This document shows, piece by piece, positions 11,701 to 24,500 of a DNA stretch of 64,000 nucleotides. The notes under the pieces are model-generated. The model saw only the letters and a list, made by a program, of their open reading frames with translations. It ran no database searches and had not been told where the DNA came from. The translations under genes were made by a program, and so were the position numbers. The first letter of the stretch is position 1. Every line of letters begins with the position of its first letter. Origin of the DNA: the human T2T-CHM13v2.0 reference genome, Homo sapiens; assembly GCF_009914755.1 (NCBI RefSeq), contig NC_060928.1; one strand, written 5' to 3'.

Positions 11701-14700
11701 GTGATGTTTGCATTCAAGTCACAGAATTGAACATTCCCTTTCATAGAGCAGGTTTGAAACACTCTTTCTCTAGTATCTGGAAGTGGGCATTTCAAGCGCT
11801 TTCAGGCCTATGGAGAGAAAGGAAATACCTTCAAATAAAAACTAGACAGAAGCATTCTCAGAAACTTATTTGTGATGTGTGTCCTCAACTAACAGAGTTG
11901 AACCTTTGTTTTGATACAGCATTTTGGAAACACTCCTTTTGTAGAATCTGCAGGTGGATATTTGGATAACTTTGAAGATTTCGTTGGAAACCGGAATATC
12001 TTCATATAAAATCAAGACAGAAGCATTCTCGGAAACATCTCTGTGATGTTTGCATTCAACTCAGTAGAGTTGAACACTTCCTTTCATAGAGCAGGTTTGA
12101 AACACTCTTTCTGCACTACCTGGAAGCGGACATTTCGAGCGCTTTGAGGCCTATGGTGAAAAAGGAAATATCTTCTCATAAAAACCAGAAAGAAGCATTC
12201 TCAGAAACTTCTTTGTATTGTGTGTACTCAAGTAACAGTGTTGAACCTTCCTTTTGACACAGCAGTTTTGAAACACTCTTTTGGTAGAATCTGCAAGTGG
12301 ATATTTGGATAGCTTTGAGGATTTCGTTGGAAACGGGTTATCTTCATATAAAATCCAGACAGGAGCATTCTCAGAAACTTCTTTGTGCTGCATGTCCTCA
12401 ATTCACAGAGCTGAACCTTTGTTTGGATACAGCATTTTGGAAACATTCCTTTAGTAGAATCTGCAAGTTGATATTTAGATAGCTTTGAAGATTTCGTTGG
12501 TAACGGGAATATCTTCATAGAAAATCTAGACGGAAGCATTCTCAGAAACTGCTTTGTGATGTTTGCATTCAAGTCACAGAGTTGAATATTCCCTTTTATA
12601 GAGTAGGTTTGAAACACTCTTTCGGCACTACCTGGAAGTGGATATTTCGAGCTCTTTGAGGCCTATGGTTAAAAGGAAATATCTTCCCATAAAAACTAGA
12701 CAGAAGCCGTCTCAGAAACTTGTTTGTGATGTGTGTATTCAACTAACAGAGTTGAACATTTCTGTTACAGAGCAATTTTAAAACACTCTTTTTGTGGAAT
12801 CTGAAAGTGGATAATTGGATAGCTTTGTGGATTTCGTTGGAAACGGGATGACGTATAAAATCTAGAGAGAAGCATTCTCAGGAACTTCTTTCTGATGTTT
12901 GCATTCAAGTCACAGAATTGAACATTCCTTTTCATAGTGCAGGTTTGAAACACTCTTTCTGTAGTATCTGGAAGTGGACATTTCAAGCGCTTTCAGGCCT
13001 ACGGGGAGAAAGGAAATATCTTCAAATAAAAACTAGACAGAAGGATTCTCAGAAACTTATTTGTGATGTGTGTCCTAAACGAACACAGTTGAACCTTTGT
13101 TTAGATACAGCATTTTGGAAACACTCCTTTTGTAGGATCTGCAGGTGGATATTTGGATAGATTTTAAGATTTCGTTGGAAACGGGAGTTTCTTCATAGAA
13201 ACTCAAGACAGATGCATTCTCAGAAACATCTCTGTGATGTTTGCATTCCACTCATAGAGTTGAAAACTTCCTTTCATAGAGCAGGTTTGAAACACTCTTT
13301 TTGTAATATTTGGAAGTGGACATTTGCAGCGCTTTGAGGCCTATGGTGAAAAAGGAAATATCTTCTCATAAAAACCAGAAACAAGCATTCTCAGAAACTT
13401 CTTTTTGATGTGTGTACTCAAGTGACAGAGTTGAACCTTCCTTTTGACACAGCAGTTTTTAAACAATCTTTTTGTAGAATCTGCAAGTGGATATTTGGAT
13501 AGCTTTGAGGATTTCGTTGGAAACGGGATATCTTCATATAAAATCTAGACAGAAGCATTCTCAGAAACTTCTTTGTGCTGTATGTCCTCAATTAACAGAG
13601 TTGAACCATTGCTTGGATACAGCATTTTGGAAACATTCCTTGAGTAGAATCTGCAAGTTGATATTTAGATAGATTTGAAGATTTCGTTGGAAAAGGGAAT
13701 ATCTCCATATAAAATCTAGAGGGAAGCATTCTCAGAAACTGCTTTGTGATGTTTCCATTCAAGTCACAGAGTTGAATATTCCCTTTTATAGAGCACGTTT
13801 GAAACACTCTTTCTGCACTATCTGGAAGTGGACATTTCGAGCGCTTTGAGGCCTATGGTGAAAAAGGAAATACCTTCAAATAAAAACTAGACAGAAGCAT
13901 TCTCAGAAACTTGTTTGTGATGTGTGTATTCAACTAACAGAGTTGAACTTTTGTTTTTACAGAGCCGTTTTAAAACACTCTTTTTGTGGAATCAGAAAGT
14001 GGATATTCGGATGGCTCTGAGGATTTCGTTGGAAGCGGGATTACATATAAAATCTAGAGAGAAGCATTCTCAGGAACTTCTTTGTGATGTTTGCATTGAA
14101 GTCACAGAATTGAACATTCACTTTGATAGAGCAGGTTTGAAACACTCATTCTGTAGTATCTGGAAGTGGACATTTCAAGCGCTTTCAGGCCTATGGTGAG
14201 AAAGGAAATATCTTCGAATAAAAACTAGACAGAAGCATCCTCAGAAACTTATTTGTGATGTGTGTCCTCAACTAACAGAGTTGAAACTTTGTTTTGATAC
14301 AGCATTTTGGAAACACTCTTTTTGTAGAATCTGCAGGTGGATATTTGGATAGCTTAGAGGGATTCGTTGGAAAGGGGATATCTTCATATAAAATCTAGAC
14401 AGAAGCATTCTCAGAAACTTATTTGTGATGTGTGTCCTCAACTAACAGAGTTGAACCTTGGTTTTGATACAGCATTTTGGAAACACTCCTTTTGTAGAAT
14501 CTGCAGGTGGATATGTGGATAGCTCTGAAGATTTCGTTGGAAACGGGAATTTCTTCATATAAAATCAAACAGAAGCATTCTCAGAAACTTCTCAGTGATG
14601 TTTGCATTCAGCTCATGGAGTTGAACACTTCCTTTCATAGAGCCGGTTTGAAACACTCTTTCTGCACTACCTGGAAGAGGACATTTCGAGCGCTTTGAGT

Positions 14701-17700
14701 CCTATGGTGAAAAAGGAAATATCTTCTCATAAAAACCAGAAAGAAGCATTCTCAGAAACTTCTTTGTGTTGTGTGTACTCATGTAACAGTGTTGAACCAT
14801 CCTTTTGACAGAGCAGTTTTGAAACACTCTTTTTGTAGAATCTGCAAGTGGATATTTGGATAGCTTTGAGGATTTCGTTGGAAACGGGATGACATATAAT
14901 ATCTAGAGAGAAGCATTCTCAGGAACTTCTTTGTGATGTTTGCATTCAAGTCACAGAATTGAACATTCCCTTTCATAGAGCAGGTTTGAAACACTCTTTC
15001 TCTAGTATCTGGAAGTGGGCATTTCAAGCGCTTTCAGGCCTATGGAGAGAAAGGAAATACCTTCAAATAAAAACTAGACAGAAGCATTCTCAGAAACTTA
15101 TTTGTGATGTGTGTCCTCAACTAACAGAGTTGAACCTTTGTTTTGATACAGCATTTTGGAAACACTCCTTTTGTAGAATCTGCAGGTGGATATTTGGATA
15201 ACTTTGAAGATTTCGTTGGAAACCGGAATATCTTCATATAAAATCAAGACAGAAGCATTCTCGGAAACATCTCTGTGATGTTTGCATTCAACTCAGTAGA
15301 GTTGAACACTTCCTTTCATAGAGCCGGTTTGAAACACTCTTTCTGCACTACCTGGAAGAGGACATTTCGAGCGCTTTGAGGCCTATGGTGAAAAAGGAAA
15401 TATCTTCTCATAAAAACCAGAAAGAAGCATTCTCAGAAACTTCTTTGTGTTGTGTGTACTCAAGTAACAGTGTTGAACCTTCCTTTTGACACAGCAGTTT
15501 TGAAACACTCTTTTGGTAGAATCTGCAAGTGGATATTTGGATAGCTTTGAGGATTTCGTTGGAAACGGGTTATCTTCATATAAAATCCAGACAGGAGCAT
15601 TCTCAGAAACTTCTTTGTGCTGCATGTCCTCAATTCACAGAGCTGAACCTTTGTTTGGATACAGCATTTTGGAAACATTCCTTTAGTAGAATCTGCAAGT
15701 TGATATTTAGATAGCTTTGAAGATTTCGTTGGTAACGGGAATATCTTCATAGAAAATCTAGACGGAAGCATTCTCAGAAACTGCTTTGTGATGTTTGCAT
15801 TCAAGTCACAGAGTTGAATATTCCCTTTTATAGAGTAGGTTTGAAACACTCTTTCGGCACTACCTGGAAGTGGATATTTCGAGCTCTTTGAGGCCTATGG
15901 TTAAAAGGAAATATCTTCCCATAAAAACTAGACAGAAGCCGTCTCAGAAACTTGTTTGTGATGTGTGTATTCAACTAACAGAGTTGAACATTTCTGTTAC
16001 AGAGCAATTTTAAAACACTCTTTTTGTGGAATCTGAAAGTGGATAATTGGATAGCTTTGTGGATTTCGTTGGAAACGGGATGACATATAAAATCTAGAGA
16101 GAAGCATTCTCAGGAACTTCTTTCTGATGTTTGCATTCAAGTCACAGAATTGAACATTCCTTTTCATAGTGCAGGTTTGAAACACTCTTTCTGTAGTATC
16201 TGGAAGTGGACATTTCAAGCGCTTTCAGGCCTACGGGGAGAAAGGAAATATCTTCAAATAAAAACTAGACAGAAGGATTCTCAGAAACTTATTTGTGATG
16301 TGTGTCCTAAACGAACACAGTTGAACCTTTGTTTAGATACAGCATTTTGGAAACACTCCTTTTGTAGGATCTGCAGGTGGATATTTGGATAGATTTTAAG
16401 ATTTCTTTGGAAACGGGAGTTTCTTCATAGAAACTCAAGACAGATGCATTCTCAGAAACATCTCTGTGATGTTTGCATTCCACTCATAGAGTTGAAAACT
16501 TCCTTTCATAGAGCAGGTTTGAAACACTCTTTTTGTAATATTTGGAAGTGGACATTTGCAGCGCTTTGAGGCCTATGGTGAAAAAGGAAATATCTTCTCA
16601 TAAAAACCAGAAACAAGCATTCTCAGAAACTTCTTTTTGATGTGTGTACTCAAGTAACAGAGTTGAACCTTCCTTTTGACACAGCAGTTTTGAAACAATC
16701 TTTTTGTAGAATCTGCAAGTGGATATTTGGATAGCTTTGAGGATTTCGTTGGAAACGGGATATCTTCATATAAAATCTAGACAGAAGCTTTCTCAGAAAC
16801 TTCTTTGTGCTGTATGTCCTCAATTAACAGATTTGAACCATTGCTTGGATACAGCATTTTGGAAACATTCCTTGAGTAGAATCTGCAAGTTGATATTTAG
16901 GTAGATTTGAAGATTTCGTTGGAAAAGGGAATATCTCCATAGAAAATCTAGAGGGAAGCATTCTCAGAAACTGCTTTGTGATGTTTCCATTCAAGTCACA
17001 GAGTTGAATATTCCCTTTTATAGAGCACGTTTGAAACACTCTTTCTGCACTATCTGGAAGTGGACATTTCGAGCGCTTTGAGGCCTATGGTGAAAAAGGA
17101 AATATCTTCCCATAAAAACTAGACAGAAGCATTCTCAGAAACTTGTTTGTGATGTGTGTATTCAACTAACAGAGTTGAACTTTTGTTTTTACAGAGCCGT
17201 TTTAAAACACTCTTTTTGTGGAATCAGAAAGTGGATATTCGGATGGCTCTGAGGATTTCGTTGGAAGCGGGATTACATATAAAATCTAGAGAGAAGCATT
17301 CTCAGGAACTTCTTTGTGATGTTTGCATTGAAGTCACAGAATTGAACATTCACTTTGATAGAGCAGGTTTGAAACACTCATTCTGTAGTATCTGGAAGTG
17401 GACATTTCAAGCGCTTTCAGGCCTATGGTGAGAAAGGAAATATCTTCGAATAAAAACTAGACAGAAGCATCCTCAGAAACTTATTTGTGATGTGTGTCCT
17501 CAACTAACAGAGTTGAAACTTTGTTTTGATACAGCATTTTGGAAACACTCTTTTTGTAGAATCTGCAGGTGGATATTTGGATAGCTTAGAGGGATTCGTT
17601 GGAAAGGGGATATCTTCATATAAAATCTAGACAGAAGCATTCTCAGAAACTTATTTGTGATGTGTGTCCTCAACTAACAGAGTTGAACCTTGGTTTTGAT

Positions 17701-18487
17701 ACAGCATTTTGGAAACACTCCTTTTGTAGAATCTGCAGGTGGATATGTGGATAGCTCTGAAGATTTCGTTGGAAACGGGAATTTCTTCATATAAAATCAA
17801 ACAGAAGCATTCTCAGAAACTTCTCAGTGATGTTTGCATTCAGCTCATGGAGTTGAACACTTCCTTTCATAGAGCCGGTTTGAAACACTCTTTCTGCACT
17901 ACCTGGAAGAGGACATTTCGAGCGCTTTGAGTCCTATGGTGAAAAAGGAAATATCTTCTCATAAAAACCAGAAAGAAGCATTCTCAGAAACTTCTTTGTG
18001 TTGTGTGTACTCATGTAACAGTGTTGAACCATCCTTTTGACAGAGCAGTTTTGAAACACTCTTTTTGTAGAATCTGCAAGTGGATATTTGGATAGCTTTG
18101 AGGATTTCGTTGGAAACGGGATGACATATAATATCTAGAGAGAAGCATACTCAGGAACTTCTTTGTGATGTTTGCATTCAAGTCACAGAATTGAACATTC
18201 CCTTTCATAGAGCAGGTTTGAAACACTCTTTCTCTAGTATCTGGAAGTGGGCATTTCAAGCGCTTTCAGGCCTATGGAGAGAAAGGAAATACCTTCAAAT
18301 AAAAACTAGACAGAAGCATTCTCAGAAACTTATTTGTGATGTGTGTCCTCAACTAACAGAGTTGAACCTTTGTTTTGATACAGCATTTTGGAAACACTCC
18401 TTTTGTAGAATCTGCAGGTGGATATTTGGATAACTTTGAAGATTTCGTTGGAAACCGGAATATCTTCATATAAAATCAAGACAGAAG
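8792..18487 (+). repeat. Three canonical 19-mer HORs (starts 8792, 12024, 15256)
   Basis: Exact 3,232 bp spacing of all marker ORFs. Confidence 0.95.
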
Positions 18488-21400
18488 CATTCTCGGAAAC
18501 ATCTCTGTGATGTTTGCATTCAACTCAGTAGAGTTGAACACTTCCTTTCATAGAGCAGGTTTGAAACACTCTTTCTGCACTACCTGGAAGCGGACATTTC
18601 GAGCGCTTTGAGGCCTATGGTGAAAAAGGAAATATCTTCTCATAAAAACCAGAAAGAAGCATTCTCAGAAACTTCTTTGTGTTGTGTGTACTCAAGTAAC
18701 AGTGTTGAACCTTCCTTTTGACACAGCTGTTTTGAAACACTCTTTTGGTAGAATCTGCAAGTGGATATTTGGATAGGTTTGAGGATTTCGTTGGAAACGG
18801 GTTATCTTCATATAAAATCCAGACAGGAGCATTCTCAGAAACTTCTTTGTGCTGCATGTCCTCAATTCACAGAGCTGAACCTTTGTTTGGATACAGCATT
18901 TTGGAAACATTCCTTTAGTAGAATCTGCAAGTTGATATTTAGATAGCTTTGAAGATTTCGTTGGAAACGGGAATATCTTCATAGAAAATCTAGACGGAAG
19001 CATTCTCAGAAACTGCTTTGTGATGTTTGCATTCAAGTCACAGAGTTGAATATTCCCTTTTATAGAGTAGGTTTGAAACACTCTTTCGGCACTACCTGGA
19101 AGTGGATATTTCGAGCTCTTTGAGGCCTATGGTTAAAAGGAAATATCTTCCCATAAAAACTAGACAGAAGCCGTCTCAGAAACTTGTTTGTGATGTGTGT
19201 ATTCAACTACCAGAGTTGAACATTTCTGTTACAGAGCAATTTTAAAACACTCTTTTTGTGGAATCTGAAAGTGGATAATTGGATAGCTTTGTGGATTTCG
19301 TTGGAAACGGGATGACGTATAAAATCTAGAGAGAAGCATTCTCAGGAACTTCTTTGTGATGTTTGCATTCAAGTCACAGAATTGAACATTCCTTTTCATA
19401 GTGCAGGTTTGAAACACTCTTTCTGTAGTATCTGGAAGTGGACATTTCAAGCGCTTTCAGGCCTACGGGGAGAAAGGAAATATCTTCAAATAAAAACTAG
19501 ACAGAAGGATTCTCAGAAACTTATTTGTGATGTGTGTCCTAAACGAACACAGTTGAACCTTTGTTTTGATACAGCATTTTGGAAACACTCCTTTTGTAGG
19601 ATCTGCAGGTGGATATTTGGATAGATTTTAAGATTTCGTTGGAAACGGGAGTTTCTTCATAGAAACTCAAGACAGATGCATTCTCAGAAACATCTCTGTG
19701 ATGTTTGCATTCCACTCATAGAGTTGAAAACTTCCTTTCATAGAGCAGGTTTGAAACACTCTTTTTGTAATATTTGGAAGTGGACATTTGCAGCGCTTTG
19801 AGGCCTATGGTGAAAAAGGAAATATCTTCTCATAAAAACCAGAAACAAGCATTCTCAGAAACTTCTTTTTGATGTGTGTACTCAAGTAACAGAGTTGAAC
19901 CTTCCTTTTGACACAGCAGTTTTGAAACAATCTTTTTGTAGAATCTGCAAGTGGATATTTGGATAGCTTTGAGGATTTCGTTGGAAACGGGATATCTTCA
20001 TATAAAATCTAGACAGAAGCATTCTCAGAAACTTCTTTGTGCTGTATGTCCTCAATTAACAGAGTTGAACCATTGCTTGGATACAGCATTTTGGAAACAT
20101 TCCTTTAGTAGAATCTGCAAGTTGATATTTAGATAGATTTGAAGATTTCGTTGGAAAAGGGAATATCTCCATATAAAATCTAGAGGGAAGCATTCTCAGA
20201 AACTGCTTTGTGATGTTTCCATTCAAGTCACAGAGTTGAATATTCCCTTTTATAGAGCACGTTTGAAACACTCTTTCTGCACTATCTGGAAGTGGACATT
20301 TCGAGCGCTTTGAGGCCTATGGTGAAAAAGGAAATATCTTCCCATAAAAATTAGACAGAAGCATTCTCAGAAACTTGTTTGTGATGTGTGTATTCAACTA
20401 ACAGAGTTGAACTTTTGTTTTTACAGAGCCGTTTTAAAACACTCTTTTTGTGGAATCAGAAAGTGGATATTCGGATGGCTCTGAGGATTTCGTTGGAAGC
20501 GGGATTACATATAAAATCTAGAGAGAAGCATTCTCAGGAACTTCTTTGTGATGTTTGCATTGAAGTCACAGAATTGAACATTCACTTTGATAGAGCAGGT
20601 TTGAAACACTCATTCTGTAGTATCTGGAAGTGGACATTTCAAGCGCTTTCAGGCCTATGGTGAGAAAGGAAATATCTTCGAATAAAAACTAGACAGAAGC
20701 ATCCTCAGAAACTTATTTGTGATGTGTGTCCTCAACTAACAGAGTTGAAACTTTGTTTTGATACAGCATTTTGGAAACACTCCTTTTGTAGAATCTGCAG
20801 GTGGATATGTGGATAGCTCTGAAGATTTCGTTGGAAACGGGAATTTCTTCATATAAAATCAAACAGAAGCATTCTCAGAAACTTCTCAGTGATGTTTGCA
20901 TTCAGCTCATGGAGTTGAACACTTCCTTTCATAGAGCCGATTTGAAACACTCTTTCTGCACTACCTGGAAGAGGCCATTTCGAGCGCTTTGAGTCCTATG
21001 GTGAAAAAGGAAATATCTTCTCATAAAAACCAGAAAGAAGCATTCTCAGAAACTTCTTTGTGTTGTGTGTACTCATGTAACAGTGTTGAACCATCCTTTT
21101 GACAGAGCAGTTTTGAAACACTCTTTTTGTAGAATCTGCAAGTGGATATTTGGATAGCTTTGAGGATTTCGTTGGAAACGGGATGACATATAATATCTAG
21201 AGAGAAGCATTCTCAGGAACTTCTTTGTGCTGTTTGCATTCAAGTCACAGAATTGAACATTCCCTTTCATAGAGCAGATTTGAAACACTCTTTCTCTAGT
21301 ATCTGGAAGTGGGCATTTCAAGCGCTTTCAGGCCTATTGAGAGAAAGGAAATACCTTCAAATAAAAACTAGACAGAAGCATTCTCAGAAACTTATTTGTG

Positions 21401-21549
21401 ATGTGTGTCCTCAACTAACAGAGTTGAACCTTTGTTTTGATACAGCATTTTGGAAACACTCCTTTTGTAGAATCTGCAGGTGGATATTTGGATAGCTTTG
21501 AAGATTTCGTTGGAAACCGGAATATCTTCATATAAAATCAAGACAGAAG
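18488..21549 (+). repeat. Variant HOR, 18-mer (3,062 bp, one-monomer deletion)
   Basis: Marker spacing 18615->21677 = 3,062; the monomer segment with GGGATTCGTTGGAAAGGGGA is missing; hybrid monomer starts at 20700. Confidence 0.95.
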
Positions 21550-24500
21550 CATTCTCGGAAACATCTCTGTGATGTTTGCATTCAACTCAGTAGACTTGAA
21601 CACTTCCTTTCATAGAGCCGGTTTGAAACACTCTTTCTGCACTACCTGGAAGCGGACATTTCGAGCGCTTTGAGGCCTATGGTGAAAAAGGAAATATCTT
21701 CTCATAAAAACCAGAAAGAAGCATTCTCAGAAACTTCTTTGTGTTGTGTGTACTCAAGTAACAGTGTTGAACCTTCCTTTTGACACAGCAGTTTTGAAAC
21801 ACTCTTTTGGTAGAATCTGCAAGTGGATATTTGGATAGCTTTGAGGATTTCGTTGGAAACGGGTTATCTTCATATAAAATCCAGACAGGAGCATTCTCAG
21901 AAACTTCTTTGTGCTGCATGTCCTCAATTCACAGAGCTGAACCTTTGTTTGGATACAGCATTTTGGAAACATTCCTTTAGTAGAATCTGCAAGTTGATAT
22001 TTAGATAGCTTTGAAGATTTCGTTGGAAACGGGAATATCTTCATAGAAAATCTAGACGGAAGCATTCTCAGAAACTGCTTTGTGATGTTTGCATTCAAGT
22101 CACAGAGTTGAATATTCCCTTTTATAGAGTAGGTTTGAAACACTCTTTCGGCACTACCTGGAAGTGGATATTTCGAGCTCTTTGAGGCCTATGGTTAAAA
22201 GGAAATATCTTCCCATAAAAACTAGACAGAAGCCGTCTCAGAAACTTGTTTGTGATGTGTGTATTCAACTAACAGAGTTGAACATTTCTGTTACAGAGCA
22301 ATTTTAAAACACTCTTTTTGTGGAATCTGAAAGTGGATAATTGGATAGCTTTGTGGATTTCGTTGGAAACGGGATGACGTATAAAATCTAGATTGAAGCA
22401 TTCTCAGGAACTTCTTTCTGATGTTTGCATTCAAGTCACAGAATTGAACATTCCTTTTCATAGTGCAGGTTTGAAACACTCTTTCTGTAGTATCTGGAAG
22501 TGGACATTTCAAGCGCTTTCAGGCCTACGGGGAGAAAGGAAATATCTTCAAATAAAAACTAGATAGAAGGATTCTCAGAAACTTATTTGTGATGTGTGTC
22601 CTAAACGAACACAGTTGAACCTTTGTTTTGATACAGCATTTTGGAAACACTCCTTTTGTAGGATCTGCAGGTGGATATTTGGATAGATTTTAAGATTTCG
22701 TTGGAAACGGGAGTTTCTTCATAGAAACTCAAGACAGATGCATTCTCAGAAACATCTCTGTGATGTTTGCATTCCACTCATAGAGTTGAAAACTTCCTTT
22801 CATAGAGCAGGTTTGAAACACTCTTTTTGTAATATTTGGAAGTGGACATTTGCAGCGCTTTGAGGCCTATGGTGAAAAAGGAAATATCTTCTCATAAAAA
22901 CCAGAAACAAGCATTCTCAGAAACTTCTTTTTGATGTGTGTACTCAAGTAACAGAGTTGAACCTTCCTTTTGACACAGCAGTTTTGAAACAATCTTTTTG
23001 TAGAATCTGCAAGTGGATATTTGGATAGCTTTGAGGATTTCGTTGGAAACGGGATATCTTCATATAAAATCTAGACAGAAGCATTCTCAGAAACTTCTTT
23101 GTGCTGTATGTCCTCAATTAACAGAGTTGAACCATTGCTTGGATACAGCATTTTGGAAACATTCCTTGAGTAGAATCTGCAAGTTGATATTTAGATAGAT
23201 TTGAAGATTTCGTTGGAAAAGGGAATATCTCCATAGAAAATCTAGAGGGAAGCATTCTCAGAAACTGCTTTGTGATGTTTCCATTCAAGTCACAGAGTTG
23301 AATATTCCCTTTTATAGAGCACGTTTGAAACACTCTTTCTGCACTATCTGGAAGTGGACATTTCGAGCGCTTTGAGGCCTATGGTGAAAAAGGAAATATC
23401 TTCCCATAAAAACTAGACAGAAGCATTCTCAGAAACTTGTTTGTGATGTGTGTATTCAACTAACAGAGTTGAACTTTTGTTTTTACAGAGCCGTTTTAAA
23501 ACACTCTTTTTTTGGAATCAGAAAGTGGATATTCGGATGGCTCTGAGGATTTCGTTGGAAGCGGGAATACATATAAAATCTAGAGAGAAGCATTCTCAGG
23601 AACTTCTTTGTGATGTTTGCATTGAAGTCACAGAATTGAACATTCACTTTGATAGAGCAGGTTTGAAACACTCATTCTGTAGTATCTGGAAGTGGACATT
23701 TCAAGCGCTTTCAGGCCTATGGTGAGAAAGGAAATATCTTCGAATAAAAACTAGACAGAAGCATCCTCAGAAACTTATTTGTGATGTGTGTCCTCAACTA
23801 ACAGAGTTGAAACTTTGTTTTGATACAGCATTTTGGAAACACTCTTTTTGTAGAATCTGCAGGTGGATATTTGGATAGCTTAGAGGGATTCGTTGGAAAG
23901 GGGATATCTTCATATAAAATCTAGACAGAAGCATTCTCAGAAACTTATTTGTGATGTGTGTCCTCAACTAACAGAGTTGAACCTTGGTTTTGATACAGCA
24001 TTTTGGAAACACTCCTTTTGTAGAATCTGCAGGTGGATATGTGGATAGCTCTGAAGATTTCGTTGGAAACGGGAATTTCTTCATATAAAATCAAACAGAA
24101 GCATTCTCAGAAACTTCTCAGTGATGTTTGCATTCAGCTCATGGAGTTGAACACTTCCTTTCATAGAGCCGGTTTGAAACACTCTTTCTGCACTACCTGG
24201 AAGAGGACATTTCGAGCGCTTTGAGTCCTATGGTGAAAAAGGAAATATCTTCTCATAAAAACCAGAAAGAAGCATTCTCAGAAACTTCTTTGTGTTGTGT
24301 GTACTCATGTAACAGTGTTGAACCATCCTTTTGACAGAGCAGTTTTGAAACACTCTTTTTGTAGAATCTGCAAGTGGATATTTGGATAGCTTTGAGGATT
24401 TCGTTGGAAACGGGATGACATATAATATCTAGAGAGAAGCATACTCAGGAACTTCTTTGTGATGTTTGCATTCAAGTCACAGAATTGAACATTCCCTTTC

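Noticed and set aside
22444-22686. Loss of the recurrent 80 aa ORF here and at ~35202
   Set aside because: It is caused by a C>T SNP (CTAGATAGAAGG) creating TAG in a spurious ORF. It marks the 12,758 bp duplication and is not a pseudogene.
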